Shown in pieces: positions 24,505 through 37,131 of a DNA stretch of 64,000 nucleotides. This stretch comes from Ranitomeya imitator. Its lineage: Eukaryota. A model generated the notes under the pieces. It was not told the origin of the DNA and searched no databases. It was given only the letters and a program-made list of their open reading frames with translations. Position 1 is the stretch's first letter, and each line of letters begins with the position of its first letter. The stretch spans positions 193,502,001 to 193,566,000 of the forward strand of contig NC_091289.1 in NCBI RefSeq assembly GCF_032444005.1. Reading direction: 5' to 3'. The position numbers and the translations under genes were made by a program.

Positions 24505-27500
24505 TGTTGTGAATTCTGTGGCTGAGTTCACTTCTGTGGTCACAAGTGGTATTGCAGTCTCTGGGCTTCCTCCCTCAGGTGTTTTGGTGAGCTCGTTGGC
24601 TGCCTTGCTATTTAGCTCCACCTGAGTCTGTCTTCCTTGCTCCTTGTCAATGTTCCAGTGTTGGATCTGAGCTACTGCATCTTTCCTTGGGCCTGCTGCT
24701 CTGCTAGATAAGTGCTTCTAGTTTGTTTTCTGTTTTTTCTGTCCAGCTTGCTATTAATTTTTGCTGGAAGCTCTGAGAAGCAAAGGGGTGCACCGCCGTG
24801 CTGTTAGTTCGGCACGGTGGGTCTTTTTGCCCCTTTGCGTGGTTTTCGTTTTAGGGTTTTTTGTAGACTGCATAGTTCTCTTTGCTATCCTCGCTCTGTC
24901 TAGAATATCGGGCCTCACTTTGCTGAATCTATTTCATTCCTACGTTTGTCTTTTCATCTTGCTAACAGTCATTATATGTGGGGGGCTGCCTATTCCTTTG
25001 GGGTATTTCTCTGAGGTAAGTCAGGCTTGTATTTCTATCTTCAGGCTAGTCAGCTCCTCAGGCAGTGCCGAGTTGCATAGGTAGTGATAGGCGCAATCCA
25101 CTGCTGCTTATAGTTGTGTGAGGATAGATCAGGTACTGCAGTCTACAGAGATTCCACGTCTCAGAGCTCGTCCTATTGTTTTTGGTTATTGCCAGATCTC
25201 TGTATGTGCGCTGATTACTGCACGCTGTGTTGCCTGATTGCCAGCCATAACAGTACAAGGAGCCGTCACCAATGATTCCCAATAGAGGGAAAAAAGAAAT
25301 CCTGACATCATTTTTTTTTTCTTAGCTCTGTCTTCAGTCTTTTTTTTCCCCTAGACATTAGAGTGCTTCAGGACACAGCTGTGGGCATGGATATTCAGGC
25401 GCTGTGCTCCTCAATGGATAATCTCGTTGTAAATGTACAAAAGATTCAAGATACTATTGATCAGAAATCGATGCTAGAACCAAGAATTCCGATTCCTGAT
25501 TTGTTTTTTGGTGACAGAACTAAGTTCCTGAGCTTCAGAAATAATTGTAAGCTATTTTTGGCCTTGAAACCTCATTCTTCTGGTAATCCTATTCAACAGG
25601 TTTTGATTATTATTTCTTTTTTGCGCGGCGACCCACAGGACTGGGCGTTTTCTCTTGCACCAGGAGATTCTGCATTGAGTAATGTTGATGCATTTTTCCA
25701 GGCGCTGGGATTGCTTTACGATGAGCCTAATTCAGTGGATCAGGCTGAGAAAAATCTGCTGGCTTTATGCCAGGGTCAGGATGATGTAGAAGTATATTGT
25801 CAGAAATTTAGGAAGTGGTCAGTACTCACTCTGTGGAATGAATCTGCACTAGCGGCTTTGTTCAGAAAGGGTCTCTCTGAAGCTCTTAAGGATGTAATGG
25901 TGGGATTTCCTATGCCTGCTGGTTTGAATGAGTCTATGTCCTTGGCCATTCAGATCGGTCGTCGCTTGCGCGAGCGTAAATCTGTGCACCATCTGGCGGT
26001 ATTGTCTGAGAGTAAACCTGAGCCTATGCAGTGCGACAGGACTATGACTAAAGTAGAACGGCAAGAACACAGACGTCTGAACAGACTGTGTTTCTATTGT
26101 GGTGATTCTACTCATGTTATTTCTAATTGTCCTAAACGCACTAGGCGGTTCGATAGCTCTGCCGTTATTGGTACTGTACAGTCCAAATTCCTTTTGTCCA
26201 TTACCTTAATGTGCTCTTTGTCATCGTATTCTGTCATGGCGTTTGTGGATTCAGGCGCTGCCCTGAATCTGATGGATTTGGATTATGCTAAACGTTGTGG
26301 GTTTTTCTTGGAGCCTTTGCGGTGTCCTATTCCGTTGAGAGGAATTGATGCTACACCTTTGGCCAAGAATAAGCCTCAGTACTGGGCCCAGCTGACCATG
26401 TGCATGGCTCCTGCACATCAGGAAGTTATTCGCTTTCTGGTACTGCATAATTTGCATGATGTGGTCGTGTTGGGGTTGCCATGGCTACAAACCCATAATC
26501 CAGTATTGGATTGGAACTCTATGTCGGTAACCAGCTGGGGTTGTCAGGGAGTACATGGTGATGTTCCATTTTTGTCTATTTCGTCATCCATTCCTTCTGA
26601 CATCCCAGAGTTCTTGTCGGACTTTCAGGATGTATTTGAAGAGTCCAAGTCTGATGCCCTACCTCCGCATAGGAATTGTGATTGTGCTATCGATTTGATT
26701 CCTGGTAGTAAATTCCCTAAGGGTCGTTTATTTAATTTGTCCGTACCTGAACACACCGCTATGCGCAGTTATGTGAAGGAGTCCCTGGAGAAGGGACATA
26801 TTCGCCCATCGTCGTCACCATTGGGAGCAGGGTTCTTTTTTGTAGCCAAGAAGGATGGTTCGCTAAGACCGTGTATTGATTACCGCCTTCTTAATAAGAT
26901 CACTGTTAAGTTTCAGTATCCCTTGCCATTGATTTCTGACTTGTTTGCTCGGATTAAGGGGGCTAGTTGGTTTACTAAGATTGATCTTCGTGGTGCGTAT
27001 AATCTGGTGAGAATCAGGCAGGGAGATGAATGGAAAACGGCATTTAATACGCCCGAGGGTCATTTTGAGTATTTGGTGATGCCGTTCGGACTTGCCAATG
27101 CTCCATCTGTTTTTCAGTCTTTTATGCATGACATTTTCCGTGAGTATCTGGATAAATTCTTGATTGTTTACTTGGATGACATTTTGATCTTCTCAGATGA
27201 TTGGGAGTCTCATGTGAAGCAAGTCAGAATGGTTTTCCAGGTACTGCGTGCTAATTCCTTGTTCGTGAAGGGATCAAAGTGTCTCTTCGGTGTGCAGAAA
27301 GTTTCATTTTTGGGGTTCATCTTTTCCCCTTCTACTATCGAGATGGATCCGGTTAAGGTTCAGGCCATCCAGGATTGGACTCAGCCGACATCTCTGAAAA
27401 GTCTGCAGAAATTCCTGGGCTTTGCTAATTTTTATCGTCGCTTCATCTGTAATTTTTCTAGCATTGCCAGACCATTGACCGATTTGACCAAGAAGGGTGC

Positions 27501-30194
27501 TGATTTGGTTAATTGGTCTTCTGCTGCCGTGGAAGCTTTTCAGGAGTTGAAGCGTCGTTTTTGCTGAGCCCCTGTGTTGTGTCAACCTGATGTTTCTCTT
27601 CCGTTCCAGGTCGAGGTTGATGCTTCTGAGATTGGTGCAGGGGCGGTTTTGTCACAGAGAGGTTCTGGTTGCTCAGTGTTCAAACCATGTGCTTTCTTTT
27701 CCAGGAAATTTTCTGCTGCTGAGCGTAATTATGATGTGGGCAACCGAGAGTTGCTGGCCATGAAGTGGGCATTCGAGGAGTGGCGTCATTGGCTTGAGGG
27801 TGCTAAGCATCGCGTGGTGGTTTTGACTGATCATAAGAACCTTACTTATCTTGAGTCTGCCAAGCGCTTGAATCCTAGACAGGCCCGTTGGTCGTTATTT
27901 TTTGCTCGTTTTGATTTTGTGATTTCATACCTTCCGGGCTCTAAAAATGTGAAGGCGGATGCTCTGTCTAGGAGTTTTGTGCCCGACTCTCCGGGGTTAT
28001 CTGAGCCGGCGAGTGTCCTCAAGGAAGGAGTCATTGTGTCTGCCATCTCCCCTGATTTGCGGAGAGTGTTGCAGAAATTTCAGGCTAATAAACCTGATCG
28101 TTGTCCGGCCGAGAAACTGTTCGTCCCTGATAGGTGGACTAGTAAAGTTATCTCTGAACTTCATTGTTCGGTGCTGGCCGGTCATCCAGGAATCTTTGGT
28201 ACCAGGGAGTTGGTTGCTAGATCCTTCTGGTGGCCATCTCTGTCACGGGATGTGCGTGCTTTTTGCAGTCCTGTGGAATTTGTGCTAGGGCTAAGCCCTG
28301 CTGTTCACGTGCCAGTGGGTTGCTTTTGCCCTTGCCGGTCCCAAAGAGGCCTTGGACACATATTTCGATGGATTTCATTTCTGACCTTCCCGTTTCTCAA
28401 AAAATGTCGGTCATTTGGGTGGTCTGTGATCGCTTTTCTAAAATGGTCCATCTGGTGCCCTTGGTTAAATTGCCTTCCTCCTCTGATTTGGTGCCTTTGT
28501 TCTTCCAGCATGTGGTTCGTTTACATGGCATTCCTGAGAATATTGTTTCTGACAGAGGTTCCCAGTTTGTCTCGAGGTTCTGGCGAGCCTTTTGTGGTAG
28601 GATGGGCATTGACCTATCTTTCTCCTCGGCCTTCCATCCTCAGACTAATGGCCAGACCGAACGAACCAATCAGACCTTGGAAACATATCTGAGATGTTTT
28701 GTTTCCGCTGACCAGGATGATTGGGTGTCATTTTTGCCGTTGGCTGAGTTCGCCCTTAATAATCGGGCCAGCTCGGCTACCTTGGTCTCTCCATTTTTCT
28801 GCAATTCTGGGTTCCATCCTCGTTTCTCTTCAGGACAGGTTGAGTCTTCGGACTGTCCTGGTGTGGATTCTGTGGTGGACAGGTTGCAGCAGATCTGGAC
28901 TCAGGTAGTGGACAATTTGACCTTGTCCCAGGAGAAGGCTCAGCTTTTCGCTAATCGCAGACGCCGTGTGGGACCCCGACTTCGTGTTGGGGATCTGGTT
29001 TGGTTATCTTCTCGTCATATTCCTATGAAGGTTTCCTCTCCTAAATTTAAACCTCGTTTTATTGGTCCGTATAGGATTTCTGAGATTCTCAATCCGGTGT
29101 CTTTTCGTCTGATCCTCCCAGACTCCTTTTCCATACATAATGTATTCCATAGGTCGTTGTTGAGGAGATACGTGGCACCTATGGTTCCATCTGTGGAGCC
29201 TCCTGCCCCTGTTTTGGTGGAGGGGGAATTGGAGTATATTGTGGAGAAGATTTTGGATTCTTCTGTCTCTAGACGGAAACTCCAGTATCTGGTCAAATGG
29301 AAGGGTTATGCTCAGGAAGATAATTCCTGGGTTTTTGCCTCTGATGTCCATGCCCCAGATCTTGTTTGTGCCTTTCATGTGGCTCATTCTGGTCGGCCTG
29401 GGGGTTCTGGTGAGGGTTCGGTGACCCCTCCTCAAGGGGGGGGTACTGTTGTGAATTCTGTGGCTGAGTTCACTTCTGTGGTCACAAGTGGTATGGCAGT
29501 CTCTGGGCTTCCTCCCTCAGGTGTTTTGGTGAGCTCGTTGGCTGCCTTGCTATTTAGCTCCACCTGAGTCTGTCTTCCTTGCTCCTTGTCAATGTTCCAG
29601 TGTTGGATCTGAGCTACTGCATCTTTCCTTGGGCCTGCTGCTCTGCTAGATAAGTGCTTCTAGTTTGTTTTCTGTTTTTTCTGTCCAGCTTGCTATTAAT
29701 TTTTGCTGGAAGCTCTGAGAAGCAAAGGGGTGCACCGCCGTGCTGTTAGTTCGGCACGGTGGGTCTTTTTGCCCCTTTGCGTGGTTTTCGTTTTAGGGTT
29801 TTTTGTAGACTGCATAGTTCTCTTTGCTATCCTCGCTCTGTCTAGAATATCGGGCCTCACTTTGCTGAATCTATTTCATTCCTACGTTTGTCTTTTCATC
29901 TTGCTAACAGTCATTATATGTGGGGGGCTGCCTATTCCTTTGGGGTATTTCTCTGAGGTAAGTCAGGCTTGTATTTCTATCTTCAGGCTAGTCAGCTCCT
30001 CAGGCAGTGCCGAGTTGCATAGGTAGTGATAGGCGCTATCCACTGCTGCTTATAGTTGTGTGAGGATAGATCAGGTACTGCAGTCTACAGAGATTCCACG
30101 TCTCAGAGCTCGTCCTATTGTTTTTGGTTATTGCCAGATCTCTGTATGTGCGCTGATTACTGCACGCTGTGTTGCCTGATTGCCAGCCATAACA
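24505..30194 (+). mobile_element. Full-length Ty3/Gypsy chromovirus (Tf1/sushi-like) LTR retrotransposon
   Basis: 748-bp LTRs 24505-25252 and 29447-30194 (TG...CA, two differences seen), PPT AAGGGGGGGG before the 3' LTR, 6-bp TSD GAGGAA. Confidence 0.97.
25363..29567 (+). pseudogene. Gag-pol polyprotein (CCHC knuckle, protease, RT, RNase H, integrase, chromodomain) with one nonsense and one frameshift
   Basis: CFYCGDSTHVISNC, FVDSGA, YLDD, VEVDAS, integrase core (SMDFI, SDRG, QTERTN), EYIVEKILD..YLVKWKGY. TGA at 27565-27567 and a 1-bp deletion near 28264. Confidence 0.93.
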
Positions 30195-30555
30195 GAGGAA
30201 GCACTATCTGTACCTAAATCATTTACAGGAAGAGATTAGTGAACTGTCCCTGATCTCGGATACATTCTCAGTTTGTTACACTATATAACGTGTATATAAA
30301 CATTATATATACAGTCATGGCCAAAAGTATTGACACCCCTGCAATTCTGTCAGATAATACTCAGTTTCTTCCTGAAAATGATTGCAATCACAAATTCTGT
30401 GGTATTATCATCTTCATTTAGTTTGTCTTAAATGAAAAAACACAAAAGAGAATGAAGCAAAAAGCAAAACATTGATCATTTCACACAAAACTCCAAAAAT
30501 GGGCCAGACAAAAGTATTGGCACCCTCAGCCTAATACTTGGTTGCACAACTTTTA

Positions 30556-31285
30556 AGGTACCGTCACACATAGCGACGCTGCAGCGATACCGACAACGAT
30601 CCGGATCGCTGCAGCGTCGCTGTTTGGTCGCTGGAGAGCTGTCACACAGACCGCTCTCCAGCGACCAACGATCCCGAGGTCCCCGGTAACCAGGGTAAAC
30701 ATCGGGTAACTAAGCGCAGGGCCGCGCTTAGTAACCCGATGTTTACCCTGGTTACCATCCTAAAAAGTAAAAAAACAAACGCTACATACTTACCTTCCGC
30801 TGTCTGTCCTCCAGCGCTGTGCTCTGCTTCTCTGGTCTGGCTGTGAGCGCCGGGCAGCCAGAAAGCAGAGCGATGACGTCACCGCTCTGCTTTCCGGCTA
30901 ACCGACGCTCACAGCCAGAGCAGGAGGAGAGCAGAGCACAGCGCTGGAGGACAGACAGCGGTAGGTAAGTATGTAGCGTTTGTTTTTTTACTTTTAGGAT
31001 GGTAACCAGGGTAAACATCGGGTTACTAAGCGCGGCCCTGCGCTTAGTTACCCGATGTTTACCCTGGTTACCAGCGAAGACATCGCTGAATCGGTGTCAC
31101 ACACGCCGATTCAGCGATGTCTACGGGGAGTCCAGCGACAAAATAAAGTTCTGGACTTTCTTCCCCGACCAGCGATCTCCCAGCAGGGGCCTGATCGCTG
31201 CTGCCTGTCACACTGGACGATATCGCTAGCGAGGACGCTGCAACGTCACGGATCGCTAGCGATATCGTCTAGTGTGACAGTACCT
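30556..31285. mobile_element. Palindromic MITE, probably PIF/Harbinger-like, inside the Tc1
   Basis: AGGTACCGTCACAC...GTGTGACAGTACCT termini, TTA target duplication, multiple internal hairpins. Confidence 0.8.
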
Positions 31286-32127
31286 TTAGCCAAAATAACT
31301 GTGACCAACAGCTTCCGGTAACCATCAATGAGTTTCTTACAATGCTCTGCTGGAATTTTAGACCATTCTTCTTTGGCAAACTGCTCCAGGTCCCTGATAT
31401 TTGAAGGGCGCCTTCTCCAAACTGCCATTTTTAGATCTCTCCACATGTGTTCTATGGGATTCAGGTCTGGACTCATTGCTGGCCACCTTAGAAGCCTCCA
31501 GTGCTTTCTCTCAAACCATTTTCTAGTGCTTTTTGAAGTGTGTTTTGGGTCATTGTCCTGCTGGAAGACAGTATAGCAAAAAGAGGGTAATGAACCACTC
31601 AAACTTGAAAAAGGGTGCCCAAAAAATTATATGTAAATAGCAAAAAGGGGGACCTAAAATATAACGTTTAATAAGTACTAATTAAAAAACCATATGACAC
31701 AACATATAATGAAAAAATCGTACATTGACCAACAGGTCAATCAGACAGAGAACTGATAACCAGTCCAAAGAGAAAAAATCAGTAGTCAATTTGGAACCCT
31801 TACACAGCCTTCAGGGCTTATAATCACAATATGCACCCTGTCAAGTAAAGCAGGGGAACCAACATTACAATTGTATGCTACTGTTAAAGAGATATAACTT
31901 GAGGTTCTCTATAAGGTGAAAAAAGAAAGCACCGCTATCTGTCACCAGTAAGAAACCTTCAGATACACGGGGATACACATAAAGCTATTGGAACAATCTC
32001 ACCAAGTTGTGATGCTGCAGCATTTTGAGATGTGTTCCCCATGTCAAAATAAGAGTCCTTATGGATCAGGTATCGACCATCTAGAATCCGTTGGACTTCC
32101 GGACCACCTCCTGCGTTAAAGACCACC

Positions 32128-32166
32128 TCCCTACGCGTTTCATCTCAGGGAAGAATCCTCAGGGGA
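32128..32166 (-). ncRNA. Minimal type I hammerhead ribozyme motif (inverted copy in PLE1)
   Basis: Reverse complement of the motif at 37625-37663. Confidence 0.6.
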
Positions 32167-34020
32167 CACGGCAGTCAGTACGTGGTCAGGGTTTGAAGGA
32201 GCGCTCAACCGAGACATGAAATCTCCAGGGAGCCTCTCATCAAATCACCCAAGAATGGCGTCTCTTTTATATGGTACTCCTATCAGGGGTAATGCCTATT
32301 CATCCAGAACAGCTGAAATTCAGCCAATCAGTCCTGGGCTTACATCCCACATACAGCGGTCCAACTAACCTCATTGGTGAATCAGTGTTAATGGCGGCGG
32401 CCTGAGTTCCACGTGGATTACACAACAATGGAGGTGTGTGTCAGGTACACTTCCGTCTTTCAGTGAAGGGCGCGCACCTCTGACTCATAACAATGAGTCA
32501 TGGACATGCGCAGAGACCCTGGAACGCAAGCGGCGTTAATGCTGTCGGAGCGTGCGCGTCTGACTCAATGTAATGAGTCACAACCATGCGCCTGGAACGC
32601 AAATAGTGGCGAGGACATCTATGCCCAGGCGCGCACATATGACTCACCGGAGTGAGTCACAGCCACCTGAGTTACAGAGGGTGGATCATGCTATAGCCAA
32701 TACGAATGCCAGGTCCACAGTTCTGACGTAAGATGTGCTCAACACCCCGACAGTAAAGCATTAACTAGAGATCAGCAGAGATTTACGCAGACAGCGCTCA
32801 CACACCTATGCAGACAGTGCTCACCCACTGCTTCTAAGTTCGAGCCCACCCTGCATAACTTTATAAAATTAAAACGGCATTCACTACAAGTTCTATTCCA
32901 TTACTTATAAGACACTTCATACCATTTAGTGCCCCGCACAAAAAATGGAAACATCCTATTATATGTCTTTCAAACAAAGGGGAAGAGAAGATAAAGTGCC
33001 GTAATTATTACGTGGGGGATTCACTTCATAAGGAAGACGGACTACTGAATTTAGGAAACAAGCACAAGGCTGTTGTGTCTTATCAAAGAGAGGAAAAAAA
33101 ATAAAAAACTACAAATTCCTCTCTTATCGACTTAGGGCCACCAGGTCTAAAGCTAACAAAGACCCGGGGCACAAAAGTACCTGATTGTATATCAGTATAA
33201 AATAATGAGTATTTTGGCTGGCTTCACAAAATACGACACGGACAGACAAACAAAAAGACCCACCAGGGCACAAGGGCATCCGAGGGAAAAAAAAGGGGGG
33301 ATGATAAGAGCGGGGAGAAAGACCGGGCACCAGGTCCACAAGAAAATCCAAACTGTATAGGGTCATAATGGAAAGGGACAGAAAACGGAAAAAATTGAAT
33401 GACAGATGAGGAAGGTAAGCCTATATGAGGCCCTGATGACATACTAAACTACCTCACCCTACCTAACAGCGGAGGTTGGCACCCTAAACCTGCGCAGTGG
33501 CGCCCCCACTCGACGGCGGCTATCCCTGACTGGTATACCCTATTAGTGCCCTCACCGCTTTAAAGAAAAGAGACAAAGGAAAGCTGCTCGTTCAGTCCTG
33601 CTGGATATGTGGAGCCCAATTTATATATCCACCTTGTCTCATGTTGGAGAATTATTTTGTCCCAATCACCCCCCCGAATTGGTTTGGTGACCTTCTCTAT
33701 GCCCATGAATTTTACTGTGGATGTATCACCCCCATGGACCAAGTTAATATGTCTAGCCAACGGAGTCTCTCTTTTCTTTACAATATCCCTCAAATACTCT
33801 CCAATTCTCCTTCTTAATTCTCTGATCGTTTTACCAACATAAATCAGGTCACAGTCACATATGGCTCTATATATGACGCCCTCACTTCTACAGTTTATAA
33901 AAGATCGAATCTCAAAAGTTTCACTTTTATCCGTTGATTTAAAGGTTTTTCCAACTTCGATACTTTTACAGGCTACGCAGCCACTGCATCTATGACAACC
34001 AGTCACTTTAGACGCTAACC

Positions 34021-36231
34021 ATGTATGGGGTTGTGGTTCAGAAAAATGACTATGCACTAGTCGATAAAAAAATAAGTATGAGTTTGGGGGTACCCGACTC
34101 AATGCTGGAAGACATCAGGCTTCTGTATGGTTTGGCGGATGAGGACCCTGGCATGAGGGGTGAGGGACCATTTACAGACCTTAGGTGTAAAAGTAATAAA
34201 ATGCCCCCACCACAAACCGACCTAACATCGATGGACATTTTTCTTAACTTGGTCTCTAAAGACATTGAAAGTCTAGATAAATCTTCTGTCAATACACAAT
34301 TTAATTTGACAAGACTTGAGATGTCAGCTTTGGGTAATCTGGAAAAAGACCACAACGTTACGATTAAACCTTCTGATAAGGGGGGTAACGTTGTGGTCAT
34401 GGATACTCCAGATTACAAACTGATGTGCTTACGCATTCTCCGTGACAAGAATTGCTATAAAGTATTACCCTCTAACCCCACAGTTAAATTTTTTTCTGAA
34501 TTGAAGAATATTGTCACACATGGTTTAACCTTAAAAGTCATTAACAAGACAGAGATGGATTTCATCTTGCCTAGATTCCCGATTACAGCTACATTTTATT
34601 GCCTGCCCAAGATTCACAAAGGCTTGTCCCCATTGAAGGGTAGACCTATTGTGTCGGGTGTGGGCAGTCTAACTAAAAACTTGGGGATTTATCTGGATAG
34701 GATACTGAACCCCTTTGTCCTTGCACTGAGTTCTTACACCCGGGACACAACCGATCTCCTGATGAAAATTCAGAACTTGACTTTGGATCCCGACACCATC
34801 CTTGGGAGTATTGATGTGGAAGCCCTCTATTCGTCAATCCCCCATCAGAAAGGGTTGGAGGCGGTCCATTACTATTTGATGAGTAGAGGGAATCAATTGA
34901 AAGAACATAATAGTTTTGTGCTGGAATGTCTTGAATTCCTACTGACACATAACTACTTCACCTTTGACGGTAAGTACTTCCACCAGCTCAGGGGTACTGC
35001 GATGGGGAGCCCCTGTGCCCCGTCGTATGCAAATCTGCTCCTGGGCTGGTGGGAGGAAACTGTGGTCTTCGGTGAAGGAAGTTCAGTAAATAGTGATGGA
35101 GTCATGTTGTGGCTCAGATTTATTGACGACGTGTTTGTTGTTTGGAAGGGGTCCGGTGAATCTTTTTCAAATTTTGTCAACAGTTTAAATATCAATGATT
35201 TTGGTCTCTCTTTTACATTCGAATGGGATCCCTTCAAACTACCCTTTTTGGATGTTATGATTGAGAGGTTGGCTGATGGCACCCTTGGCACCAGTGTCCA
35301 CAGGAAGTCCACCGCTACAAACTCCCTCCTCCGGTGGGAAAGTGGGCATCCTCAGGCCCTAAAGAGAGGAATACCGAAAGGGCAGTATATGAGGATGCGC
35401 AGGAACTGTTCCGATGACAACAATTTTTTGAGACAGTCACATGATTTACGAAATCGTTTCCATGAAAGGGGCTATCCGGATCGTATTTTAAAAAATGCTT
35501 TCAATGAAGTAAAAAGGAAGGAGAGAACTGAACTCCTGATACCAGCCCCTATTAAAGATGATACTTTTTCGGGTATGCGTTTCATTACTACTTATAATAA
35601 TGGCGCAAAGGAGCTAAGACAAATTCTTAACAAGCACTGGTCGATCCTAAAAATGGATAAGGATATTGGGGATTCCTTACCTCCATTCCCTCAAATTACA
35701 TTTCAAAGGGGTCGATCAATTAAGGATCGACTAGTGCATAGTCATTTTTCTGAACCACAACCCCATACATGGTTAGCGTCTAAAGTGACTGGTTGTCATA
35801 GATGCAGTGGCTGCGTAGCCTGTAAAAGTATCGAAGTTGGAAAAACCTTTAAATCAACGGATAAAAGTGAAACTTTTGAGATTCGATCTTTTATAAACTG
35901 TAGAAGTGAGGGCGTCATATATAGAGCCATATGTGACTGTGACCTGATTTATGTTGGTAAAACGATCAGAGAATTAAGAAGGAGAATTGGAGAGCATTTG
36001 AGGGATATTGTAAAGAAAAGAGAGACTCCGTTGGCTAGACATATTAACTTGGTCCATGGGGGTGATACATCCACAGTAAAATTCATGGGCATAGAGAAGG
36101 TCACCAAACCAATTCGGGGGGGTGATTGGGACAAAATAATTCTCCAACATGAGACAAGGTGGATATATAAATTGGGCTCCACATATCCAGCAGGACTGAA
36201 CGAGCAGCTTTCCTTTGTCTCTTTTCTTTAA
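34021..36231 (+). CDS. PLE1 reverse transcriptase + Zn linker + GIY-YIG endonuclease, 5'-truncated but open (736 aa)
   Basis: IKPSDKGG, SIDVEALY, GTAMGS, RFIDD; CHRCSGCVAC; GVIYRAICDCDLIYVGKT. The first 15 codons come from the inverted arm. Confidence 0.92.
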   Translation: MYGVVVQKNDYALVDKKISMSLGVPDSMLEDIRLLYGLADEDPGMRGEGPFTDLRCKSNKMPPPQTDLTSMDIFLNLVSKDIESLDKSSVNTQFNLTRLEMSALGNLEKDHNVTIKPSDKGGNVVVMDTPDYKLMCLRILRDKNCYKVLPSNPTVKFFSELKNIVTHGLTLKVINKTEMDFILPRFPITATFYCLPKIHKGLSPLKGRPIVSGVGSLTKNLGIYLDRILNPFVLALSSYTRDTTDLLMKIQNLTLDPDTILGSIDVEALYSSIPHQKGLEAVHYYLMSRGNQLKEHNSFVLECLEFLLTHNYFTFDGKYFHQLRGTAMGSPCAPSYANLLLGWWEETVVFGEGSSVNSDGVMLWLRFIDDVFVVWKGSGESFSNFVNSLNINDFGLSFTFEWDPFKLPFLDVMIERLADGTLGTSVHRKSTATNSLLRWESGHPQALKRGIPKGQYMRMRRNCSDDNNFLRQSHDLRNRFHERGYPDRILKNAFNEVKRKERTELLIPAPIKDDTFSGMRFITTYNNGAKELRQILNKHWSILKMDKDIGDSLPPFPQITFQRGRSIKDRLVHSHFSEPQPHTWLASKVTGCHRCSGCVACKSIEVGKTFKSTDKSETFEIRSFINCRSEGVIYRAICDCDLIYVGKTIRELRRRIGEHLRDIVKKRETPLARHINLVHGGDTSTVKFMGIEKVTKPIRGGDWDKIILQHETRWIYKLGSTYPAGLNEQLSFVSFL

Positions 36232-37131
36232 AGCGGTGAGGGCACTAATAGGGTATACCAGTCAGGGATAGCCGCCGTCGAGTGGGGGCGCCACTGCGCA
36301 GGTTTAGGGTGCCAACCTCCGCTGTTAGGTAGGGTGAGGTAGTTTAGTATGTCATCAGGGCCTCATATAGGCTTACCTTCCTCATCTGTCATTCAATTTT
36401 TTCCGTTTTCTGTCCCTTTCCATTATGACCCTATACAGTTTGGATTTTCTTGTGGACCTGGTGCCCGGTCTGTCTCCCCGCTCTTATCATCCCCCCTTTT
36501 TTTTCCCTCGGATGCCCTTGTGCCCTGGTGGGTCTTTTTGTTTGTCTGTCCGTGTCGTATTTTGTGAAGCCAGCCAAAATACTCATTATTTTATACTGAT
36601 ATACAATCAGGTACTTTTGTGCCCCGGGTCTTTGTTAGCTTTAGACCTGGTGGCCCTAAGTGGATAAGAGAGGAATTTGTAGTTTTTTATTTTTTTTCCT
36701 CTCTTTGATAAGACACAACAGCCTTGTGCTTGTTTCCTAAATTCAGTAGTCCGTCTTCCTTATGAAGTGAATCCCCCACGTAATAATTACGGCACTTTAT
36801 CTTCTCTTCCCCTTTGTTTGAAAGACATATAATAGGATGTTTCCATTTTTTGTGCGGGGCACTAAATGGTATGAAGTGTCTTATAAGTAATGGAATAGAA
36901 CTTGTAGTGAATGCCGTTTTAATTTTATAAAGTTATGCAGGGTGGGCTCGAACTTAGAAGCAGTGGGTGAGCACTGTCTGCATAGGTGTGTGAGCGCTGT
37001 CTGCGTAAATCTCTGCTGATCTCTAGTTAATGCTTTACTGTCGGGGTGTTGAGCACATCTTACGTCAGAACTGTGGACCTGGCATTCGTATTGGCTATAG
37101 CATGATCCACCCTCTGTAACTCAGGTGGCTG

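Noticed and set aside
33430-33470. CTGATGA hammerhead-like core in the PLE1 antisense strand
   Set aside because: No stem II or GAAA follows.
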